A DNA stretch of 64,000 nt, from contig CM126222.1 of assembly GCA_052327205.1 (NCBI GenBank), positions 57,846,001 to 57,910,000 of the forward strand. Reading direction: 5' to 3'. The DNA comes from Somniosus microcephalus (lineage: Eukaryota). Positions 36,336-48,207 of this stretch are shown piece after piece. The notes beneath the pieces were generated by a model, which was not told the DNA's origin, did no database searches, and worked only from the letters and a program-made list of their open reading frames with translations. A program made the position numbers and the translations under genes. Position 1 is the stretch's first letter. Every line of letters starts with the position of its first letter.

Positions 36336-37072
36336 GTAGTATTTGACAAGATTTTTAAGAAGTTGATTGATTTGAGTAGCAAAAGATGTTGTGATGTTTC
36401 GAAATGTTGGAAGTTTAGTTTGTAATAACAGAAATTTAGCCCCGTGTATCGTGAAACAACCTGTTCTATCCGCACTTGTGCCAGTGGCTCCAATTAGAAA
36501 ATATCAGACATTGGGGTGAACACCACAGCTGTGAGGTGATCTCAAAATTGCTGGTTTGTTGAGTGTCATCTGTGGGGTAAATTTGCTACAATTATGTATT
36601 ATTTTTGCAGTTTTGTGTGCTCAATCTGCTCATGATAATTTGAAGTCATTTTTTTTTCCACTAAGAACTTTGAATTATCCAATAATTTGAATCAAGCAAC
36701 CTAATCGATACAGTGGAGTGGAAATTTAGGGGTTAAAAAGTCGGAGGTGCCTTTTCCTGGCACAGTCGGAGAGGTACCTTTTCCTGGAGAGCGTATCGGA
36801 AAATTGCGCACTCCCAACTCACGTTTAATGGATGCAAAATCGCTGTCTCGGGATGTGCTGTTTTACCATCCGCGTTCCCAGTATGCACCATGGATTGGAC
36901 ACTTCAGAAATTTGATGCTTTAATGCCAAAAAAGATCCAATTATTAGATAATTTGCATTAAGCAACTTTGAATTGGAGGAGTGGCTTGTACCTCACAGTG
37001 CTGGTGGCTGATGTGATTTTGTTTCCGAAATTATATTCATTTGAAGTTAAGATTTTGTATTTTTCTTTCCAG

Positions 37073-37191
37073 ATACTGCACAATGAATGAAATGAATCTG
37101 ATGGACTCCAAAAAGTCCAGTTGTTATGTGTATTTTATCACAAAGCTCTCTAGAATTGCTGGCGGATCAAAATACATTGGATTTCAAGGAG
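37073..37191 (+). CDS. RNF213: RNF213 exon 17 YCTMNE...VYFITKLSRIAGGSKYIGFQGG
   Basis: ttccag acceptor, GAG|gtatgt donor, phase 2/1. Confidence 0.93.
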
Positions 37192-37289
37192 GTATGTTCG
37201 ACGGAAAAATCATTGCACTATTTTGCCCCTGGACAAAAGTGGTGCATGGTGTAAACTGGCAGAATCTGTGTTGTATTTTATGCATTAAA

Positions 37290-38255
37290 CCTAGAATCTT
37301 ACAGCACAGAAGGAGGCCGTTCAGCCCTTCGTGCCTGTACCGGCTCTTTGAAAGAGCTATCCAATTAGTCCCACTCCCCTACTCTTTCCCCAGAGCCCTG
37401 CACAATTTTCCCTTTCAAGTATTTACCCAATTCCCTTTTGAAAGTTACTATTGAATCTGCTACTACCACCCTTTTAAGGAACTGTAAAGGATGTGAAGGC
37501 CCTCTCAAGGGCCTTCACATCCTTCCTAAAGTGTGGTGACCAGAACTGGACGCAATACTCCAGTTGTGGCCTAACCAGCGCTTTATAAAGGTTCAGCATA
37601 ATTTCTCTACTTTTGTACTCAATACCTTTGTTTATGAAGCCCAAGATCCCATATGCTTTGTTAACCACACTCTCAATATGTCCTGCCACCTTCAGGGACC
37701 TACGCACATTAACTCCCAGGCTCCTCTGTCCCTGCACACTCATTAAAAATATGCCATTAAGTGTATATTGCCTCTCCCTGTTCCTTCTGCCAAAATGCAT
37801 CACCTCACACTTCTCTGTATTAAATTCCATCTGCCCATTCTGCTAGCCTTTCTATGTCTTGTTGCAGTCGATTGATATCATCATCATTGTTTGCCACACC
37901 CTCAAGTTTGGTGTCATCGGCAAATTTAGAAATTCTACTCTGTATTCCAATATCCAGGTTATTTATATATATCAAAAAAAGCAGTGGCCCCAGCACTGAC
38001 CCTTGGGGAACACCACTGTCTACCATCCTCCAGTCTGCAGCCAAGTTGCAGTGACTGACATTTACCACAACTCGCTGTTTTCTGTCCTTAAGCCAATTCC
38101 TTATCCAAGCTGCCACTGACCCACCTATTCCATGAGCCTCAATTTTGTTAACCAGCCTTCTATGTGGTACTTTGTCAAACGCCTTCCGAAAATCCATGTA
38201 GAAAACATCCATTGCATTCCCTTCATCAATCCTCTCTGTTACTTCATCAAAAAAA
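37290..38255 (-). mobile_element. CR1 LINE: RT core plus 3' tail, internally deleted
   Basis: [59 protein letters not shown]. Confidence 0.92.
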
Positions 38256-38308
38256 ATCAATGTTGTTGCAACACTTTTCAAACAGACTGTATCTTGATTA
38301 CTGTGCAG

Positions 38309-38431
38309 GCCAGTGGCTATCTGTCCACATTGACGATGTGACTGATTCAGAGGAGATGGGCTCGGATATATCTGCATTCTGTGATGTTACTGTCAGTGAG
38401 CTGTTTGCCAAGGCTTTGGGTGTACAAGCAG
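38309..38431 (+). CDS. RNF213: RNF213 exon 18 QWLSVHIDD...SELFAKALGVQA
   Basis: gtgcag acceptor, CAG|gtgatt donor, phase 1/1. Confidence 0.88.
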
Positions 38432-38758
38432 GTGATTTATCTGTTATGTCAATGTGAATTAAATTAGCACAGGCCACAAAGCAATAACACATTGCGGGGC
38501 TCAGAGTAAAGCTGAAGCAATGTGCGAATGCCTGCCTCACTGTGTTACTGTTTTGAGGCACAATCATAGTTTTTGTTATCTTCTGTAATGCACGCAGAAT
38601 TTTGTTTTTTAATTACTGGGTGTATACGGCTTTAAAAAGAAATTTGGACACGGGGGAACTATCACCTATCTGGGCACTCACTCCCCTTCAAAGCATGTTA
38701 ACATGTCACAAAGATGTACCACAGATTTCAAAGACAGTGAGGCCTGAGCTTCCTATTA

Positions 38759-39092
38759 CAGGAAACTCTTTGGTATCCGGCACCGACGGGACCGGCGTGG
38801 TGCCGGTTTATCAAAAAGTCCGGATTACAGAGAGGTATAGTTAAAAGGTACGAGAGCTCCGTACACAGCAACAAATCCAGGCTTCCCTGTTGCTTAGCAA
38901 CATGTGCAGGAACTCCGGCCACAGACCAAGCGTCCCCGTTGCTTAGCAACAAGTGTAGGAGCCCCAGTTACACAGCCACAGATCCAGGAACTGCCACTAA
39001 TATGAAGTAAAACTTACCTAAACCTACTCCTGAATTTTGCCGGTTAACAGAGATTTCCGTTATTTAGGTGCCGGTAAATCAAGAGTTTCCTG
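38759..39092 (+). mobile_element. Tigger-like MITE (15506 family)
   Basis: TA|CAGGAAACTCT...AGAGTTTCCTG|TA. Confidence 0.88.
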
Positions 39093-39606
39093 TAGACTGT
39101 TTGGAAAGTGCAGCTAAGTTGCAGTGACTGACATGCAACAAATTAAGATGTTAATTTATAGAAATATGATGGTTCTGAGAGCTTTAATATTAATATTTTC
39201 TTGCCTTGGGAGCTAATTTACTCGTCTACTTTGGGGCATTTTACTACTTTAAAGGCACTATATACATCCAAGTTGTTGTAATAAAGCACTGCAGTGTTTA
39301 ACTGACAGCCTGGGCAAAAATGTATTAGTGACCTCTGGTGCCAGGAACCAGAAGTGCAACAGTTCAGATCCATCCATCAGTTTGCAGTTGTCTGTTTTCA
39401 GATAGTTCAGGCCAGAACAGCTGCAGGCACCAAAACTTCACCAGGTTTTAATTAAATAGACGAGGAACAAAAATGTTTCGGATCCAATCTGAGAGTATTA
39501 CCGCGGGACGATGCAAATTCTGCAGTTTCTGGCATTTACAAAATTCTGCTGTACTTCTCCAAGAGAAACAAGCAAGACATGGTGACGTATCTTGTTTTTA
39601 CTTTAG

Positions 39607-39662
39607 AAATTGAGGACCAGAACACTGTTCCAGAAGATGATCGACAAGTCAAAATGCTTATG
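39607..39662 (+). CDS. RNF213: Putative 56-bp RNF213 exon 19 IEDQNTVPEDDRQVKMLM
   Basis: ctttag acceptor, ATG|gtataa donor; the 1-to-0 phase change is exactly what joins exons 18 and 20; no homology support by eye. Confidence 0.7.
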
Positions 39663-40169
39663 GTATAAATTATGTTATTAAACTGTTTTAATGTTTGCAC
39701 TACAAATTATTTTTTTATCATAGAGATTAACTAAAAAAATTATTAAAAAGGAAAATGTTTTCAGTCAGTGATCTGGTACATGTATTTGATAGAAGCATTT
39801 GCTATAGTTGAATACTGTTTCATGTGAGAGTGTCGCACCATAAACTATCTAGGGCGCATGGGAGATAGTTATCACCACTGGCATAAAATCAGCAACTGAA
39901 ATATTCTCCCAAGTCTCTCATCATTACTCAGTCCCTCTTACACTGGCCATCAGCCTCATGGCTCTTCTCGAATGTCTCCCTTAAGTCCTGCCTGCCCTGC
40001 GCTCTGGTTTTGATTCCCGAGGAACCTTGTCCCTTTGGGTTTGTTTAGTTTCTTGCTGTCAACAGACGACAGGAACAACTGCACTACACCGCAGCCTCGG
40101 TTCCCTCCCCTCCAAGGTCCAACTCTCACTGAGCTCCCATCCTCACCCAAGTGGCCCATAGTCTCGGTG

Positions 40170-41080
40170 GCAGATGTGGCTCAGTGGTAGCACGCCCGTC
40201 TCTGAGTCAGAAGGTTCTTGGTTCAAGACGTATGAGGAGAGATTGGGTCGATTGGGCTTATATTCGCTGGAGTTTAGAAGAATGAGAGGGGATCTCATTG
40301 AAGCTTATAAAATTCTAACAGGACTAGACAGACTAGATGCAGGAAGGATGTTCCCGATGGCGGGGGAGTCCAGAACCAGGGGTCACAGCCTAAGGATAAA
40401 GGGTAAGCCATTTAGGACTGAGATGAGGAGGAATTTCTTCACCCAGAGAGTGGTGAACCTGTGGAATTCTCTACCACAGAAGGCAGTTGAGGCCAATTCA
40501 TTAAATATATTCAAGAAGGAGTTAGATATATTTCTTAAGGCTAAAGGGATCAAGGGATATGGGGAGAAAGCAGGGACAGGGTACTGAATTTGGATGATCA
40601 GCCATGATCTCATTAAATGGCGGAGCAGGCTCGCGGGGCCGAATGGCCTACTCCTGCTCCTATCTTCTATGTTTCAAATCCCACTCCAGAGACTTCAGCA
40701 CATAATCTAGGCTGACACCGTAGCAAAGGAGCGCTGTACTGTTGGAGGTGCCGTCTTTCGAATGACTTGTTAAACCAAGGCCCCGTCTGCCCTTTCAGGG
40801 GGACGTAAAAGATCCAGTGGCACCATTCAAAGAAGAGCAGGGACGAGTTCTCCCCGGTGTCCTGGCCAATATTTATCCTTCAACCAACATCACTAAAACA
40901 GATTATCTGGTCATTATCTCATTGCTGTTTGTGGGATCTTGCTGTGCGCAAATTGGCTGTCGTGTTTCCCTACATCACAACCATGACTACTCTTCAAAAA
41001 ATACCTCATTTGCTGTAAAGCACTTTGGGGTGTCCCGAGGTCGTGAAAGGCGCTATATAAATGCAAGTTCTTCTTTCTTA
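40170..41080 (+). mobile_element. Deu-domain SINE split by a CR1 insertion
   Basis: Head 40170..40226, body resumes at 40673; homologous to 21395..21864. Confidence 0.8.
40227..40672 (+). mobile_element. Young CR1 (HER1-like) 3' fragment
   Basis: Intact frame YEERLGRLGLYSLEFRRMRGDLIE...TRGHSL...FFTQRVVNLWNSLP; TTCAA on both flanks. Confidence 0.9.
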
Positions 41081-41115
41081 TTCTGAGATCTATTTTTGTA
41101 ATTGTTTGTAAACAG

Positions 41116-41269
41116 AAAAGGCCGAACATTCTCAATACAACATTCCTGTTGCAAAGCTGTATACAGAGTGCAGTAAGCAAGATACGTGATGGTAAAGAGG
41201 GATCCAGTCGAAGCACTGAACGTGTCCAGATACTCCTGGATCTCATGAGAGAGGATGGGGAATGTGAGG
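41116..41269 (+). CDS. RNF213: RNF213 exon 20 KRPNILNTTFLLQSCIQSAV...RVQILLDLM
   Basis: aaacag acceptor, AGG|gtaagc donor, phase 0/1. Confidence 0.9.
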
Positions 41270-42114
41270 GTAAGCACCAGCTCCTGGGTACTGTATTATA
41301 AAAAATCTTAACATTTAGTCACAGCGCATTCCCACTGTAAGTTTAGCGTCGGTGCCAAGCAGCTTCGGTTCCGCACCCACACTAAAGTCTAAAGTTGTGT
41401 AGTGTAAATGGGGTGTTGAGTCCTCTTGACTCCATGGAGTTTCCCTGCAGTGCAAAGTCAGGCCCTGACTCTAGACTGAGGCTGTATTTACACCATAACA
41501 ACACTACAGTTGTAGTATGACTGCATCCTTAATTAAGGCTATGCAACAGATGTCAAAGAATACCTCTTAAAGGAAGAATGGTAAGTCACATTCTCAGTTG
41601 CTTAAGGCTGCGACCAATTATGGAGATCAGCGAGTGATGAAAGACTCAGCATATCAATAAATTGGAAGGTTGGTATCCATAGCAGACTGGCCCGTCGCTG
41701 TGTAGCGTGTTGCAGTAAGTGAGAATCCTTTGAACTCTGTGAGCTTTTTTTAACTCCAGCCTAGGCAAAGGATAACTTTATATTCTGTCTTTGGTGGCTG
41801 AACAAGTTTGGAAAGCTCCCATTGGAGAGGAATCTATAACTCTGTGCTGGGCCCTAAAATGTACTATTTATTTCATCGAGCAGAAATCTTTTGCTGACAC
41901 AACAGTATTTTAAGTGCCATTTGTTCACTGCTAAGATTACATACTGGTCCTTTTTAACATGTATCAAATTGGGGATTGACCAGAGTTTGGCTGTAATGGA
42001 TTTAACATTGCTGCATTGGGTCATTTTGAAGTGCCGTCGCACTGAGGTCGATTAGTGTCGACTGCAATACTTTGCTGTTATTTCTTTAATGGGCTGTGGT
42101 GGTTTTTTTTACAG

Positions 42115-42250
42115 GACAGTTTTTAAGCACGGTAACAGAAAGACTGATGTTGCAGCTGCAGGAACAAGAGGAAATATCACTAGCTCCAAAGGACTGGATG
42201 TGTAAGGAGGCCCAGAAAATCAGTGCTCTGGAGGAAGGCGGCACTTTCAG
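42115..42250 (+). CDS. RNF213: RNF213 exon 21 QFLSTVTERL...ALEEGGTFR
   Basis: ttacag acceptor, CAG|gtaacc donor, phase 1/2. Confidence 0.92.
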
Positions 42251-43051
42251 GTAACCTTGCGAGCTGTGTTGGATTCACATGCAGGTGGATCTGTTACTCT
42301 GAACTCTCGTTATTAGGGGTTTACTTTCTGAGGCTGCACTGCTGGTGCAGAACATTGGCAGCAGGGAGTGCAGGTAAGAGAGTTTTAGTCCAACTTATGA
42401 CTCATTCAGGGAGGCTCTGTGCCAACTGCTCTTGTTACGGATACCGTCTACCCACTTCATCTCATCTCTTCCTGATGATTTTGTACTGCGCCTTGTTCAT
42501 GTGAAACAGAACATTTACTGTAGGATACAAAAGCAAAATACTGCAGATGCTGGAAATCTGAAATAAGAACAGAAAATGCATTTTCTGTTTTTATTTACTG
42601 TAGGATGATGCGCTCGAGATGCTTTGAACCACAACAGCTGTGTGTGTACCATCCCAGCCCCAAAAGGTCCACTTTTCTCAGTCATCATCACAGTGAGCTG
42701 ATGGATAAACTGTTCAAATGAAGATAGATTGCCGTCAAAGTACAATTCATTCTTCGCTTTCTGAGTGCTTAATTCAGTGGTGCTTTGGATTGTTGGGGTG
42801 GGGGGGGGGCCGAGTTCCTTTCTTCTGGGAGTTCCCTTTGAGACTCAATAATGGCTTGTTAATGGTTAATCAGTGAATATTGCCCAAGTAACACTGTTTA
42901 GGATTGCTTCATGTTCTCCATTTTTGTGCTGAATTTATGGAACTATTGGTACAAATTCAAAAATTCTCGTATGGAACCACTGAATCTCGCTGCTTTCCAT
43001 TGGTAGAGTAGCATTGTGGCAACTTCTACCTGACAGCTCGACAGAGATAAT

Positions 43052-43409
43052 GGGGGAGAAATTTGACTTGTGGGTGGGCGGTGGGAGTGCAAGTCAGCAG
43101 AGAGATCGTTCCATGCCGGCCTCAGGCCCGAGCCAAATTTGACTCTGAGTGGCCTCCAGTGGTCCCTTTAAGGACCACTGGTTAAGCTGCTCGAGATGTG
43201 GTAAAACAAGCTCCGTCCATTTGTACCTGAATTTTGCATTGGGTCCTGTAGGCAGCAGGCAGGTTGTTCTCCCATTTACATGCCCGACTGAATAAAGCAT
43301 CAGGTGGGCCTCGGGCATCAATAGAGGTGCCTCACCCCATCGATTTTCATTTCCTGGCTGCCCGTTTTTCAGATGCAAAATGGACGGTTATGAGTTGAAT
43401 TTCTCCCCC
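43052..43409. mobile_element. MITE, Harbinger-like
   Basis: 12-bp TIR GGGGGAGAAATT/AATTTCTCCCCC. Confidence 0.65.
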
Positions 43410-43977
43410 CATGACCTGCAGTCCAGCGTATTGAAATGGCCCTATACCTACCAACTGATGTGAGCCTACCAGCCCAAGAGGCTCATACCAGCAGGTGGTT
43501 GGAAGCGGGGGGGGAAATAAATTGGCAATCCCCCTATATAAATGAAAAACGCACTTACACTATGTCTCTATGTATTATTTGTAGCAGGCATTAAACTGGT
43601 TAATTTAAAACCTGGTAAATTCCTGGGTAAAAAATAATACACATTGGAGTGGTAGTATGAGAACATTAAGCAATTGTAATGTATGTACCTTTAAGGGGGA
43701 GAACTACTTTTTACAGCTCATGTATACTGTAGTACCGGCAGTGACCACACCTGTATATAACGTTGAGTAGTAATCTGTACAGTTCAGTTGCAGTCTGAGC
43801 CACGTTGAGTAAACACCGTTTGTACCGTTCTCCGCAGTCTGTGTCTGATTATACACGGACGTAACAGCATCTGTATGTGAAGTTAGCTGAATGGAAAATC
43901 TACCCCACAGTGTGTGCATTGCCAGTCGCACTCCCTGCCGACAGTGGGTGCTCCAGTTCCTTGTAAGATTTAAAATT

Positions 43978-44111
43978 AAAACAGAAAATGCTGGAAATAC
44001 TCAGCAGGTCAGGCAGCCTCTGTAGAGAGAGAAACAGAGTTAACGTTAACTCTGTTTCTCTCTCCACAGAGGCTGCCTGACCTGCTGAGTATTTCCAGCA
44101 ATTTCTGTTTT
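43978..44111. repeat. 134-bp spacerless palindrome made of Penelope-like terminal repeat
   Basis: 67-bp arms with 2 mismatches, centre GTTAAC|GTTAAC. Confidence 0.92.
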
Positions 44112-44526
44112 TATTTCAGACTTCCGGCATCCGCGGTGTTTTGCTTTTGTATTAGCCTTGTACGATTTAGTTCAGTGCTGCACACGGGTAAGGACGTAGA
44201 AGGCTCATGATGCAGAAGGTGCTTTGTTACACATATATCCCTCCCTTGTGAACCAGACAGTGCACCGGATATGGTGTACGGATGAGGGCGTGTGCTCAGC
44301 TCACAAACATGCAGACAAGGAGTTGCGCTGCACTGGCTCCGGTGTGAACTGAATGGTGCTCTACCTGAATGTGAACACATTGCACAATGTGGGGACTCTT
44401 GACTCAACAGATTATGAAATATGGAACTGTGTACTTGGAAACACAACATAGAGTTGATTTCACATGAAACAGCACCAGTTTTTATATGTTACATCCACAT
44501 TATTTTTCTTTGTACTGATAATGTAG

Positions 44527-44718
44527 ACACACACTATGGAAGTGCATTCAGAAAACAGTTACTCCGAATCTGGCCCAGATGATTTCCATCCTAGACAGAG
44601 ACTACAACCTGAGTCTTTTGGTGGATCCTAAAGTGGACAAAGAGATTAAACGGCTCTGGCTCAACATCTTCAGTGATACACAGATACTGAGAGTATCTCA
44701 CCAGGCGGAAAGTTCAGG
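44527..44718 (+). CDS. RNF213: RNF213 exon 22 HTLWKCIQ...ILDRDYNLSLL...LWLNIF
   Basis: atgtag acceptor, AGG|gtaaga donor, phase 2/2. Confidence 0.92.
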
Positions 44719-45217
44719 GTAAGATGGCCTTGCCCAGGTGATGTGCATCTTTTAATGTCACTAGATTTCCAACGTGACTGAAATAACTCAAGTGTGATTT
44801 GTCATGAATCTTATCATGACTCATGAAGTAACACTGGGCGGCCAGCTGGTGGCGCCGTCCAAGGAGTATAATTACTCAGGCGTGGGCCCAGCTTGCTCAG
44901 GATGTTTCTGTAACCAGGAACTAGTGATTGTAACTAGAAATCTCATGGTTTTGAAACAGTTGATTAAAGCCTTGTTTTACACTCAAACCAAGTGCTCAGT
45001 ACAGTCGTCTTTTTACATCATGATTCATAGAATTTTAATCATGTTTTTACATGGAACTGGTAAATCGCCTCACAAGATTTCCTCATTTTCCAATTTACAA
45101 TGTTAATTCAAACTATATATCACTGATGTTTGTACCATGAGGTAAAACCATTTTTTATTAATGTAAATGAAATTTGCTTATTGTGTACAACAAATCTAAG
45201 TATAATTTGAAATTCTG

Positions 45218-45620
45218 TATTTTCCAACCAATATGTACTCGCCCTATATAGATTCAGCAAGTTTAATGGCTCTGATTTTCACCTTTGTAACTGAATTTGG
45301 ACATTGCTGATCCAAATGTATTGGTTCAAACCTCATACTTGATTGAAGTCCCTGTTGCACTATGATCTTCAGCCTAAGTGAAAGCTCTTGGCAGTGCGCG
45401 CTTTGTATGAAAGTCAGCATTTGGAAGGGCTGATGCTCACTCCACTATCAAAGCACTGTTGGCGTGTGTGTGCATATATAATGAGAAAAAAACATGCTTA
45501 AAAGTATTACGAGCAAATATATTTGGATCAGTAATGAATAAATTCAGTTACAAAGGTGAAAATCAGCGCCATTAAACTTGCTGAATCTATAAATGGCGAG
45601 TACATATTGGTTGGAAAATA
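45218..45620. repeat. Long inverted repeat (arms ~45218..45327 and 45511..45620)
   Basis: Outer 81 bp match at 78 positions; inner ~29 bp more diverged. Confidence 0.9.
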
Positions 45621-45694
45621 TGTGAGGCCCTTCTTGTCTTGTTTCTTATATAATTACAATGCGGTAATGCAAAATGGCATCTTGTTTCCATTAG

Positions 45695-45828
45695 ATCAAA
45701 CACCAAGGAAATAACAGTTGATCACAAAGTGAGTAAAGGACGTGTGGAGATTCCCTGTGCTGCACCTTTCAGCTGGCTGATCAAGGAATATATTGACCAG
45801 CTGTGGGTTGAATTTCAGTATTTGGAAG
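45695..45828 (+). CDS. RNF213: RNF213 exon 23 SNTKEI...PFSWLIKEYIDQLW
   Basis: cattag acceptor, AAG|gtacag donor, phase 2/1. Confidence 0.92.
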
Positions 45829-45889
45829 GTACAGTTTCTCATTTCAAACTACAAATTACAAGAAGACATTAATAAACTTGAAGAATGGG

Positions 45890-46500
45890 CATATAATTGA
45901 ATTGAAAAGTGGGGAAGTTATGCTAAACTTGTATCGAACCTTGGTTAGACCACACTTGGAGTACTGTGTACAATTCTGGTCGCCATATTATGAAAAGGAT
46001 ATAGACACTGGAGAGGGTGCAGAGAAGGTTTACAAGGATGATACCAGAAATGCGAGGGTATACTGACCAGGAAAGGATGAACAGGCTGGGTCTCTTTTCG
46101 CTTGAAAAAAGAAGGCTGAGGGGTGACCAAATAGAGATCTTTAAAATTATGAAAGGTTTTGATGGAGTGGATACAGAGAGAATGTTTCCACTTGTGGGGA
46201 AGAGCATAACTAGAGGCCATCAATATAAGATAGTCACCAAGAAATCCAATAGGGAATTCAGAAGAAACTTCTTTACCCAAAGAGTGGTGAGAATGTGGAA
46301 CTCGCTACCACAGGGAGTGGTTGAAGGGAATAGTATAGATACATTTAAGGGGAGGCTAGACAAGCATATGAGGGAGAAGGGAATAGAGGGTTATGCTGAT
46401 AGAGTTAGATGAGGAAAGACAGGAGGAGGCTCGAGTGGAGCATAAACGCCGGTATGGACTGGTTGGGCGAATGGCCTATTTTTGTGCCGTATATATCCTA
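45890..46500 (+). mobile_element. CR1 3' fragment
   Basis: [19 protein letters not shown]; QRRFTRMIP...RRLRGD. Confidence 0.9.
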
Positions 46501-46584
46501 TGTATGTATTCCTGTGTAAACACAATTAATTAATTTCCACTTCTTATCCATGATATCAAACCAGAGTGTGTTTTAAAATACTAA

Positions 46585-47181
46585 GGGGGAAAAATTGGCT
46601 CGCGCCCCCTTTGGGGCCCCAACTTCGCCGCGGCGCTACTTTTAGCACCCCGAAAAAGTTAGCGCCCCCACGCCTGAAATTGAATGGTAGCGCCCCAAGC
46701 AGGAGGCGAGGCATTACTGGAAGCACTCCCCCTCCCTCTTGGGGCGCTCCCATTGAATATCGCAGCGCTACGTGCAGTAGCGCCACAGCGTCGGCACGTA
46801 GCGCCACGGTACTACAGGTCTCCTCCTGCGAGGTGCCGGCAAAAGAGCCCGGCACTCCAGAGGAGTACCAGGCTGACCGATCACAGCCGGCACCCCGCAG
46901 GAGGAGGCAAGAGGGGGCAGGTGCTGGCAGGCGGCCCAGAAAAAAATGGCCGCCCGGCACCTGCCCTTTAATTTGCGCCGCCCCAGCCGCAAACACGGCA
47001 CCCTGACCCTGTCGGACATAGCGTCCGGTGGTAGGTCAGGGGGCGCAAGCCAGGTTCGCGGCCACAGTGCGAGCGGCGTGCTGCGCATGACAATGACATC
47101 GTTGCCGGATATCGCGGGAGGTGTTAGTGGCACTGTGCCCGGGCACCAACGGGAGGCGCAAAGCAATCGGATTTTTCCCCC
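46585..47181. mobile_element. PIF/Harbinger-like MITE
   Basis: TAA|GGGGGAAAAAT...ATTTTTCCCCC|TAA, canonical TAA TSD. Confidence 0.88.
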
Positions 47182-48207
47182 TAAGTGATCGAACCTGACT
47201 CTGACAATTTTTGGCCAAATAGTAAAGTATTTGACTGATAACAGGAGGCCAACAGAAATCATCTCTGAGATTATGGAAGACTCGATGTTGAGGAACTGCT
47301 GAAGGAAGAGTGTGGTCCTGCGCTATGTTGCTTTTCTGAAGTTTGATCTGGGTTACTGGGACCCATATCCAAGCATCCTTCATGTTTCAGCTTATCTCTA
47401 CATAGCTGTCGAATCAGTTTTCACTGTTGTCACCTTGCCGCGTACTTGGTGGTGCCGTACCAGCTCGAGGGCTGAGATTAGTCATCTCCTCACTGATTGT
47501 ACACAGGTTGCATTGTTTTTAGTGAAATCCAATTGGGATCATTTTTGAATTTACAGAAGGATTTATTTCACCATTTATAATTGCTTCTGAATGCATTTTC
47601 AGCAAAAAATTAAACAAATCTTAAATCATCAGGGTCCAAGTGAGATGAAGGTGAATAAAATTAACATTTAAGCAAGCTTTTGGTCATTTACTTTGGATGA
47701 ACCCCCATATATATTTGAAATCGTTTTCAAAGTAATCACAACTTTTCTTTTGCATAATAATCATAAAAATAATTTAATACTAAGCACTACATGGTATAAA
47801 CAGTGCAAAAAACATAAAGTGCTTTTTAATCTCGTATTTTTGGAACATGTAAAGAATTATATTGTAGAAAATTGATCAAGACTTAAAATAAAGTGGTGAT
47901 TTTTTTTGTGGGAGTTCTCCCCGTTTACGGGAACTTCAGCTTGTGAGCGGGAGAATCCCCATGGAAATTCACCCCCAAAGTCTTTTCACAATCTCAATAT
48001 ATCCCAAACAGACTACTCAGAATTTTCAAAGCTGTTCTGACTGTATAAGTAATGCACCTTTTCCTCTTCTTTCTACCTCCAAAAGTGTTTTACAAATGTT
48101 GATTTAATTCATAAGCCTGATTACTGCAAAGTCAATAATAATTCTCATTGGAATTTATTTGATGTTTTCAGAATCTCTGGATTAATATACCAAAGTGGTG
48201 TTTCACC

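Noticed and set aside
38273-39110. Short inverted similarity CACTTTTCAAACAGAC / GACTGTTTGGAAAGTG
   Set aside because: Only about 14 of 16 matches; could easily be chance.
46556-47383. Cluster of long GC-rich ORFs on both strands (also 6060..6474 and 26601..26918)
   Set aside because: Stop-poor GC-rich MITE sequence with no transposase motifs.
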